DNA of 64,000 bases, taken from positions 8,742,001 through 8,806,000 of the forward strand of contig OZ059894.1 of NCBI GenBank assembly GCA_964057225.1, given 5' to 3'. Below are positions 46,604 through 58,600 of this stretch, one piece after another. Source of the stretch: Auanema rhodensis (Eukaryota > Animalia > Nematoda). Both the position numbers and the translations under genes were made by a program. Each line of letters opens with the position of its first letter. The stretch's first letter is position 1. The notes under the pieces are model-generated. The model was given only the letters and a program-made list of their open reading frames with translations. It was not told the origin of the DNA and ran no database searches.

Positions 46604-49600
46604 ATGATTGATGATGAAGAAGATGATAAAGACCATATTCCTCGAGGATTAGTTAGTCAACGAAGAGCTTTGTTTGGTACTGGTGATTGTCTGGTAATTA
46701 ACCTTATATGGTTTAACTATGCATTTATATTTTGATATTCAGGCACGATCTCGTACTGTTCCACCTCCATCTCCAACATCTTCATCATCTTCCTCTTGTG
46801 GAAGACGCTCAAGGTAAACTCAATATGGTTATTGATTAAAAATTGAATTAATATATCAGAAGTACTTCAAGACCAACACAAGTTAACATAATTAGATATG
46901 GTGTTACTGGACCTGCTCAACTTCTCAGTTATCCTGATGAGAATATATCTCCTGAAAGTCGGAGAATTACAGTAACTCGTCATGTTACAACTCATATTGA
47001 TTCAGGTACTCATCAATCTTCTTTTAGTTTCTAATTTGAACCATATTTGTATTTGAAATACCGTAGTGTTTAAGTATTGTTTTGAGAATTTTCAGATCCT
47101 CATCTTGTAATTGAAAAAAGTTCTCATACAGCATCAACGATAGAAAGACGAAGTACAACCAAAAGATCAACTACGAGGTAATATTTCTCTTTTCTTTTTA
47201 ATTTGAAAAGAAAACTATTTTTATATTCAGAACATATCCAACAGTAACTGTAAATGTATCTGATATGCCAACATTTGAAAAAGCTACAACTTTAAATTCA
47301 GAAAGAGTAACGAAAAGCTACTTAAGACGAAATTCAAATGAATTATTTAGATTAATGATCCGCCAAAAGACTATCTTTTTCGTCCAATTGAAATACCTGT
47401 AAGATTTTTTTCCAATGAAATACTAATTATGTGTATATTCTATATAATTAAGATTCAACGAAGTTATACAAATAGTCCTGTCAAACCTCAGACTAATCGG
47501 ACTATGCAACTTGAAAGGATTGATTTCTGTTCTACAACAGCAAGTCCTCGAAAATCATCAGTAGATTATCAGAATCCATCACAATGTGCTCCGGGAGCAA
47601 GGATATTGTTTCCTGTTGCTCGTCCAGCTCAATCTGATTATGCTCCTGTGTTTGAGACTCGGCCAACCAAAATTCATATTAAGGATAGGCAGCAAGAGCC
47701 TGACTATAAAACTGCTTATCCTCGATTGACATTTAACTATAACACGTAAGTTAAATACATTAAAAACTGGAAAGAAGTATAATTAAGCTTAATTTTATAA
47801 TAATTATTATGAAATAAGCTATATGTAATAGTAAAGCTTATAGTCGTTTTTCATAATCTTATGAAAACTAGACAGCGATAGATCGCTTTGATAAACCGAA
47901 AATGTTGTAATAAGCTGTTACAGACTGGAACAAGTTAAACAAGAGCTGGAATCCGAAAAGCATTCATCTGATGAGGACGAGGTTAGTTTGACACTTTTCT
48001 TCCCTTTTGAATAACACATGAGATTTGAAGTGAAAATAGTAAGTTTTAGCTAATATAACTATGTACATATAATTTATTTTTCTTTATTTATATTTTTCCA
48101 GAGAGCAGTATCGCGTAAACAAATAACTGAAGAATGTAATCGAATGTTCAATGAATTACAGCAAAATGAACAAAAAGAAAATCGCATTGTAAGTGATAAA
48201 GGCCATGGAGACGTAGATGAAGAAATCCTCAGCTTAAAGCGTCAGGTAAATTTTTGTTTTTGAAAGTTCATGCTTATTTGATTTAAAAAACTATTTATTG
48301 CGTTCTGTATCAACATAACTATGTTTACATGAAACTTGACGTAAACAGAGTTATGTAGCCATAGCAAACATAAACTTTCACGGAAAGTGAGGAAAGTCGA
48401 CTTACCATACGTGAACTTTCACGGAAAGTCGACTTACCATACGTGAACTTTCACGGAAAGTGAGGAAAGTCGACTTACCATACGTGAACTTTCACGGAAA
48501 GTCGACTTACCATACGTGAACTTTCACGGAAAGTGAGGAAAGTCGACTTACCATACGTGAACTTTCACGGAAAGTCGACTTACCATACGTGAACTTTCAC
48601 GGAAAGTGAGGAAAGTCGACTTACCATACGTGAACTTTCACGGAAAGGAAGGGAAAGTCGACATGCCATACGTGAACATTCTCGTTAAATGCACTAAAGC
48701 TTGTATATCTGGCTTTTACCGTGCTTTTGACGTCATTTTGATTTGAAACATTAGATGTATTCGATTCAATTTTAAGTTTTTGTTACCTTGTTAAGCTTTT
48801 CAAAACACCTCAAGCTGACTGTAATGACAGATTTGTCATAGATAAAATCTTTAGCTAGTTCTTGTTCCTATATCTTCTCTTCATATACGTGGTCAAGATT
48901 TGCTTTCTCTTCCGATTTTGAATTCACTCTTCGTACTTTATCTCTATTTCCTTCAACACAGAATCTATTTTTCACCGGTTGTCCGTTTCAAATTATCGTT
49001 TCTTCTTTCCATTCCACTTGATCATTCTGCCGATTTTTCATTTCTCTGTTGCAAACATAGTGATTGCCAAATTCTATTGCAATTCATTCCAAGCTAAGAC
49101 CTGCAGAAGATTCAACGATCTAAACTAAAACTATAATCAGTCAATGAAATATTTATTTATTTTTTGGTTATTATAACCAAAATATTATATTATATTAACT
49201 ATATACTATGAATTCTTCATTACATTACTTTCTTAACAAACATTTTGAACAAAAAATACAATTTCTCTTCTACTTTTTTTGTATTTTTTTTCTTTCATCT
49301 TACCATATGCTATATTCTGAATCATCCAACAGAAAATCGGTGACAATCTTATTATAATGAAAATGATGATTCAGCATATCATCATCCATAGATTATCTCA
49401 GTCTATAACTATTGATTGGATTCAATTACGAATATCATGATTTGCATGATTGATGTCTATATCTGTAAAATATGTTTTCATCAATGTACATTCATCTCAT
49501 CCTAATCAAACGAAAATCATTTCAAGCCGTCGTCAAACTGTTGATGATCATACAAGCATTTGGTCTCATTCACATCGTTTTCTTATTATATATCTTCTAA

Positions 49601-52600
49601 TATATAAAGTTTATGAATTGCTTATATTCATATCATATAATAGCTGGATAAGACTCGTGAAAAGAACTTTTTTTCGTTGATTCCTCTTTTTTTTAATTTA
49701 ATTAGTGTTCTTAATCTTGTTTGATAATTCATGATGCTTCTGACTATTTTAGATATCATTCTAATCTCTTCTTTCTTTATTTCTTCATCATTATTCTCTT
49801 TTTATCTTCGTCTTCCTCTTTCCTTCGATGCTAGATATCCTTAAAGCTTATCTGCCACTTGTGCATGCTGATGCCTTAATTGGCTTGTGCAGCCGGTTTT
49901 TTAGCATTGAAGCAACTTTAGTTTATCATTTTTATATATTTATATACATATATATCATCTAAACTTTAATTCTGAACATTTCATAACAGCGTTGTTCCTC
50001 TGAGATATGTGTGCTTTGCACGATTTCTTCTCTGTATCGTCTATTTTCTTTAATTGTTTTCCCGAAAATCGTTCAAAGTATTATATCAAATAGAAGATAC
50101 ATGTTAAGCACTGGCATGTTTCTTTGATTTCTTGCTTCATAAAAAAATTCTTTTTGTTCCTATCATCAAATTGAACAAACATCTAGCTGAAATTCGTGTT
50201 CTTCAGGTGGCCAGTGATATGGGGGTAGAGATGCCGCCCCCAGCGACTGTCCTGAATAACAAACAGGTATCATGTTCATAAAAATCAATTTATATTGTGG
50301 AAAACAATTGATTTTCTTATTCTTAATTCAAAAATTAAAATTTTTTCAAGTTGAACCCAATAATTTCAGGAGATATCAACGCGAGCTTCAGAGATTCCTG
50401 CTGCCGACACATCACATGTAAGCCCAAAGTCGTCTTTTTCTCTTATCCTCTCCTTCCATTCAAATATTATAGCTTTTTGGATTTGTTTCAATATTTTTGT
50501 TGAGAATTATGGATGTTTTTCTTATTTTCCCTTTCAGATAATATCGTTGAAAGACCAATCAGTTATGTATACTACGGGCGCTGTAGCCCGACAAGAAGCT
50601 TTGATAGGTCGTCTTCAAAAAGAACTAACAGATGTTCAAAGTTGTGTAAGTTATATAATAATTTATTTAAATAATAATAATAAATAATCATAATTAAGAA
50701 TCATTTTTTGAACAGTCAGTTGACAGCTCTAAGATCATCTGATGGCGGACAATTCAAAAAAGAACTAAATGAGACCAAGGTTAGTTTATTTATATATATA
50801 TAATTCTATTTAAATAATTATTAAAAAAAAAAACTTTTTGCTTATTTTCTTTTATGTTCCATATATTATAATTATCTTTTTCTTACTGCTTCAAATCTAA
50901 TAGTTGACAATATTTGCAATTACAGCCTGAAACTTGTAAACATGAGCTTTTAACTAAGCTAACTTATCAATTTTAATATAAAAATATTTTATTTTTTTAT
51001 ATTTATAAAATAAAATTATACCTGTTCTAATACACGATATATTTTACTCCATGTTTGGACATGTACTTCTGTCATTTCGTCCTCCCCTAATACTTTTGAT
51101 AGCATGCCAATTAATCCTGAAAAATTCGTTTCCGTTTAAAATATATTTTTTACTCAAATTTCGTTTCAAGAATATTTTTAAAATTAAGTTTTTAGAATTT
51201 TTATATTTTTTTAAATATTAAAAAAAATAATTTGAATACGACGCATACCTTGCATAAACGATTTTCGTACTAACGGAGGACACACATCTAAGACTAAGCA
51301 AGCAGTAACATAATCCTTCATCTGACTTGTTAATTGACTGAATCCTGTATCAGGTGCATGTGATTTAATTGTTATATCTAGTGCCTTAATTATATTATTA
51401 TAATCTAATTTAATTTTTAATTTCTATCTTCATACAGTCACAGTTAATTCAGCAAAATCATTGAAGTTTTCATGTGTTCTAGAAATTTCGGGAAGCGGCA
51501 TTTTGATGTTATGCTTGTGAAGTAGATCAGCATATGTCTGAATTAAAATTTGAACGTGTGTCTGATGAAAAGAGAGAGAAAGAGGGAGAGAGTAAGGTCT
51601 AATGATAAAAGAGAAAAAACTGTTATTTTCTTTTGATATTGACTTGCTTTCTGTATTTTTTGTAGCAAAAACCCAAAAAAATAGTCATCAAGCTGGACAA
51701 AGCTAATAAGTTTGCGTCTGTCTATCATGAATTACTTTCTCTTATTATTTATTTATATTAATAATAATAATAATAATATATATTGTGATATTGAATTTAC
51801 CCTGAGTGCAGTATCACACAACAAACGTCCAGCTTCAAGCATACCATATTCCAATACATTCATCCATTTAACTCTATAATAATTATTCTAATTATTCTAA
51901 TTATTATTAAATATTTTTTTATTGTGAAATAGTTATAATGATTGTTATCATCATTATTTCATGTCTCATATCTGTTGGCTAATATAATTCCATGATAACC
52001 AACATTGCTTTCATGACTGGGCCCTATTCATACCTGATATAATCGATTTCTTGAGGCGTCATGCATTGCTTCATATATGAATTTCTTTGTATTGTTATTC
52101 CTTCACTTATATAAGTTTTGATCTCACTCAACAGCTAAATGAATTATCTATTAGTTCTTTCATTTCTTGAAATCTTCTCAATCACTTACTGATTTCCATG
52201 ATAATTCCGTTTGTTCGTCTAATGCATGAACTCCATGTAACATCTTTTTCATGGATTCTATGATTCCTTCTTCGAAAATCTGTAAAAATCATATTTATAA
52301 CTGGAATATGAACTGAATAGAAGTGCAGATTACTTCCAAATGTGGTTCACACGCATCATAGAAGAAGTGATGAGCTCCAATCTCGTTCAACAGTTTCCTC
52401 ATTCCAGCTGTATCGTCTTTGTTTTCCATAACCATTGTCAAACCAGCTTGAATTGAAGCACAATGATGTCTAAAAATCTATTTTATGTTTACAAATATTT
52501 TAATTTTAATTATTATTTTAACCTAAAATAGAAATCATCATAGAGCACTGATTTCCATTCATCATTAGAGTCTTCAATCTTTTTACCAAAATGCCAAATT

Positions 52601-55600
52601 GGACGAATATGCTTGTAATGGCTCAACATATGAATGAAAGCATTTTGGACTATTATTCCCTCAAAAGAAACACTTTTTTTTTCTTTTTCTCGTTCAACAT
52701 ATTAGTCACCTGCTTGTTAGTTTTATGTAATTGAATCCAGTGTGCTCGAGCTAGATCACTTTCCCTTAACTGGCTTTCATCAAACGGTTCCTCTTCCTGA
52801 ATTTACGTTTTTTCACAATGAAATTCTTACAAATCTTTTAAGTTTGCGTTTCATTCAATTATATTTGAAAACAAAAAAATGATTGATAAATCTAATGACT
52901 AACTAAAATCGTCAAACTATTCATATGAAAAGAATAAATATGTTATTGAAGGACACGTTAAAAATTAAATTTTTCTTCTTTTCATACATTAGCTTTGAGA
53001 TTTTTCTTTTTTTTTTTAAATTAAAATCAAAGAAGCAAACCTGTAAATCATATATCTCATAGGAATCATCATTATGTTCAATATCTTCATCTAGTGAATC
53101 ACTCAATGTCTTTTGATCTATAAGTTTGTAATTTAAGTTTTAAACTGTTCCAACTTTCTTTATATTAAGAAATTTTGCCAGAAAAATAAATTTCTTCAAG
53201 TATTATTGCTAAGTAACTTACATCTATTCACTGAATTAGAGCTTTTGCTATTCTGCATTTGAGCTGCGTGGCAAACTTTTATAATAGTTTCGTGTACAAG
53301 CTTAATATCTTTTTTCAATTTTTTTTTATAAAAAAGATGAACTTTGAAACTACCTCGTGAAGACGATAATCCTGGTACATACACTAAGTTCCGAATATGT
53401 TGATTGTTCAAACTCAAACTGATTTTATAGCATAATATATAATGACAAATAATTAGTTTTAGTGAGATTCTAGCTAATCGTTTTCTGAAATAATTTTAAT
53501 TATTTTGTTTAATCTTGTCAGAATTATGTATAATGATAAGTTTAAAAAACAATTTTCCTTTTCAAAAAATGATTTTTAAATTTAAAAATTAGGTGAGATT
53601 CAAATCCGAAAAGTTAAGTAGTTATCTCAACATTTTGATTGAAAGAGGGAGAAAAACAAGAGAAGAGAGGGTTCGTTACTCTGCGAATATACAGATTCAT
53701 TTGAAAATAGTATGGTAAAGTAATAGAAATATGAAAGAAGAGAAGAAGAGATTGAACATCTAATAGAATATTGAAGAGAATTGTTCGTTTTCTTATTCGA
53801 ACGATGTCAGACAAGTTGAGATAATATTGACTTTCTGTAGGAGAATACTAACCAACAAACAATAAGCACACGACAATACATCTACGACTCTTTATATGGA
53901 GATATCACAAAAGTACAATGATATTTAGATATTATTTATATGAATATAGTTAAGAATATATGTATATAACTATATAATTATTGATTAAGATTAGTTATTA
54001 CTTTACCTATATGAGATTTTTTCTCTTTTTTTTTTCATCTTTATTCACGAATTGCCACTCATTCATCGCCACCTTTTTTTACTCCGAACTTCAAATAAAT
54101 CGCTGAATTGTCTAGCACTAGGATGACGAACTTTTAGATAATCGACAGTCAGCTTTTCACAAAAAGTAGCTCAATTCCACATTCCATTGTTCCGGTTTTT
54201 TTTTCAATATATGTTACCATTTTTAATATAGTTATCTAACTATTATATATGTTTATTTTGAGTTATATCTCTACGATTTTTCAAATTTTAAACATATTTT
54301 CTCATTTTCTTCAAAAGTTGTGTTCTTTTCTCACATATACATCTCTAGTTATCATCCATTTTCGGCTCGATTACCAATAGTTTTCAGAAAAACTTGAAAG
54401 AGTGCAAACGTGAATAGAGAAAATGAGGTTGCATAAGCAAATAAACGATGAACTTATGAATGAGCTGTAGTTAGTCTGTCCGAATCTAGCAGCACATTTG
54501 GTAGAACGGTGAATTGATGTGACAACATCTACATACGTCTACATCCGCTGCACATCCTTGAGCTGTGTGCCGCCGCATTTGATTGTCTTAACATATCCAT
54601 CAGTGACGGTTCCATCTTTTGCTTCATCTTTTCATCGTCTTCTTATGTCTTTTATTTGTCCTTCGGTCCTTCTGCTGTTTACTTGTGCCCTCCGAACCAG
54701 CCGGCCTCACCTCTGTGCTGGCTTGGTTCCACCCGGCGAGCATCGATTCGGACGATAGAGCCGGACCCTGTCACGCTGATCAGCGTGCATTTTCTGTGTG
54801 TCCGGTGAATATTGTCCAAATCTTAAAATAACATTCATTGATTTTTTTCTTCAATATATCAATTAATGACAGCTGATTGTCGTATATTCGCTATAAGCGC
54901 ACACATACGTTTGTATAATTATGGTCGCGAACTGTCAAAATGTTTGAAATTCAAACTCACTTCATATTCAGCATTAAAGCTTTGATCTGGCTTATTCTCA
55001 ATGATTATAATCATGTTTCTTTACATTTTTTTTCTAAAAATAGTATTAGAATAAGCTATAGATTCTAGCTTTTCACTGTACAGTTAGTGAAACATGTATA
55101 TGTATATTTGTCACAAATTTGGTTGTGAACTGATAACATAAACTGAATTTCCTCTCTCACCCGAACCAGTTGGGTTTCAAATTTCTAAACACCTCTATCC
55201 ATCTGTGTGCATCACTTCTTCTACATCCAACATCATCATCTCACCTGTCAATCCAACGTTACAATAAATTTACATAAAACATGAATCTTCAATTGAATAT
55301 GTTTGAATATTATGAAAAATATTTCTAGAAATATCTTTTCTATTCTCGTTTTCATTCCAAAATCATTATTTGTATTTCCTTTTTGTTTTTTTTTTTAATT
55401 TTATTGTTTTAATTTCTGATATTCTTATCAATATGAGATCGAAACATGATGTTGGCCATCTATAATCAATCGGCTTCCTATTGCTTATCATCTCTAGGCT
55501 TTACAGTTGTATCTCAGAACATTCAATGTAATACATAACCTTCATGCTTATTCACAACTCTAAATACAACAGAATTTCTCTTTTTTTTCTCTTTTTTTCT

Positions 55601-58600
55601 CTTTTTTTTGTTGTTTTTCTTTTAAAAAATTTACTTACTCACATCTAAATGCGCTTAGCATTCCAGCATTTCTCTTTCTTTCTCTAGTTTTAGACTCTCT
55701 TTTTCTATTTTCTATCTTTCATTGTTTTTTTCTTTCGCATACTTTTCTAATCTCTCCCGTTCTCTTTCAATATTTTCCATACAAAGTTCAAACTAAACTT
55801 CTATATTGGGTACTAGTTTGCAAATTGTTGAAATCAATGTTTCGCTCCTTTTTCTCAAACAATTATAAGAACATCTATTTTAAACTAAACGATTCAATAT
55901 TGTACAATTTCACATTACTTCCATAGAAATACGTCATTTTTTACATTTTCTGCTCAAATTATTTGTCAAAAATTGTCAAAAATGAATGAAATTTGATAGT
56001 TTAATGTTGATCCTATGCTAAATGGGTTGTGATGAAAACGATAGAAACAACCATCTGACTAACTATATATATAAATATATATATATAACTCATATAATGA
56101 TGAAATCTACTTTTTTATAGTTTGTGTTCGGTTTTTGAAACTAAAAATTCATCAAAATCTTTCTATCTTATTCAATAACAATCATTCTGCTTAATTCACT
56201 TTATCTTCATTTCATATTCAAAATATTCTCTTTTGTCAATCATTCACTCTCATACATTTCTCAGTATAATAGTAAAAGGGGGAATGAACTCCCAACGATT
56301 CGACCTCATTCTACCACTTCAATCTCACTACCTCTATATTCCAACCTAGGCTGTCTCCTACCTTCTCTACCCTTTTGTTCCAAATCGCCCTCGTTCAATA
56401 TTGATTTGCACGATGACGATTATTGATTTCAAGGAAAATATATTCATCCAACATGATATTCAGATGTATCTTTCGATGAGAACAATCTGATTTGAGTGTT
56501 CTTTCTGCTATTCAATTTTCATTTCGAATTCACTTTACCATGTTCGTTTCTTAAGATCTATCTTTCTCTCTTCTGATTTCTTTCTCTCTCTCTCATTTCT
56601 TTCCGTCACCCCAGTCAAGTCACAATGTTATTTCAATTTTAAAGAAGTCAAGTACAATTTGTGAAGTATTTCTTTTTCCATTTATTTATCTAAAACTATG
56701 TTGTTTTCAATAATAACTACTAATTAACTATTTCAAATATGTTTATTCTTTGCCTTTTTCGGGAAAAATGCTAGGTTACCATAGAAACAGGAAAAGTATA
56801 ACATACTAAAGGCCATATGGCCCTTTTCCTTAAGGCAATAATTTCAACTATTTTTGGTTTCTCAAAATTTTTTTTTTTTCAAAAACTATCAGATGTTATA
56901 TCTTTTCTCATCATTTAAAAAAAAAAGAAAGAAGATATATGAATCATCTATACAAATATATTAATAAATAGAATATATATTTAGTATATAAACTATTTGA
57001 AGCAATTGATTGTTTGAAAAATAAAGTTACTACTTCATAATCTGCTTATTTCTTTTATTTTTTATTATTTTATGAATAATAAAAACAATTAAAATCAGTC
57101 AAAACTGCAATTTATTGAAGTACAAAAGCCAATTTTCTTGGTTTTGCAATTGTAATTTCACATGCAATTTGCTGGATTTTATGAGCTATGTCTTGACATT
57201 GAAAATCAAATCCAAAAAGTCTTATTTGAAATTTTTTTATGTAATTTCTATGTAATAGCTATTTGTATAATTTATTTTTCTTTATTATATTTATATTGAT
57301 TCAAGTTTCATTTTTCTTCTAGAATCAAAAGCGATGTTCATGTAATTGATTTTACCAAATTTGGTTAAAAAATTAAAAAATGTCGTATGAGGTGGAGGCA
57401 TTGAAGGTAAAATTTGATATTTGGAACATAAAAATAAAATTAAAATAATGATATTATAATTAATATTAGATATATATTTATAATTTTAGAGAGAGTTAAA
57501 AGAACGGCAAAATGAATGTGATACGTTGCGAAAGAAAAATCAAAAGTTTGAACGAGATAGGTAAGCATTTTCATAGCATTTTATAGTTTATTTTATTATT
57601 TTTAAACCTTTTTTTCTTTTTTGTTCTGGTTTTCTAAATATATATCTTGATGATTCCCTGGCGAAAAGTTTTGGCTAAACTTAAAGAAACCTGTATGACC
57701 GTTAAGTTCTAATCCATAAAGCAAACAATGAGAGGAATGAGGATGATGATTACGAGGAAAGAGAGTACTAGTATGATGAAGATATCTTACGCCACAAGAA
57801 ATCTTTAGACTTATAATGAGCTAATGAGAGAGAAATATAATGAAAAGAAAAGAGAGAAAAGAGAAAAAGCAGAGCATGAAGCTTGAGGGTGATATGAGTA
57901 ACAGCTGAGCGGATTGACCTTGCTAATCCTGATTATAGAAGATATAGTTTAGAAAAACATACATTTTGATAGAAAAGTATTGTAATATAAGAGAATGAAG
58001 TAATAGATATTATGAAATAAGACATTGGAATTATGATGTAATATTAAAAAAATATATAATATACTATATATATATAGTTAGTTTATATAAGTTAAGCAAT
58101 TATTAATTTTACATAGTAGTAGTAGTAGTTGCAGTAATAGAAGTTGTTAGTCAGTTTTGGACATGTGTATAGTTACATGAATATGGAATATAACTAGCTT
58201 CTCAAAGATACTAGCACGATATTAAGAGAATACGAAGAAAACTTCAAAGAGAGTGAGAGAGAGAGAAAAGAAAAATATTGGCGCAGTGATGTTAGAGCAA
58301 AAATTTAAGTTTAAGAGAGAAAGAAAGAGAGACAGAGAGAGAAAGACAAAGTTTTTGAAAGCAGATCCATTAAAAAATCCATTTAATATTCTTGCCGGAC
58401 GTTATTATCGTCACGCTATCTATTTATCTTTAGAGGGAAATGAATAGAAAAGCTCTCCGCCGGATATAGAGTTATGTTGACTGGCTGATAACGTAGAATA
58501 TGAAGTGAAGAGAGTGAGGGAGGTGAATATGTAAGAAGATTTGGATGATAACACGAAAAGGTTAGGGGAAAAGGAAGCATCATAGACCTGAAATTGAAGT

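Noticed and set aside
48373-48674. CRISPR-like appearance of the regularly spaced palindromic repeats
   Set aside because: There are no unique spacers (units are contiguous and identical), no cas genes, and the context is a eukaryotic intron.
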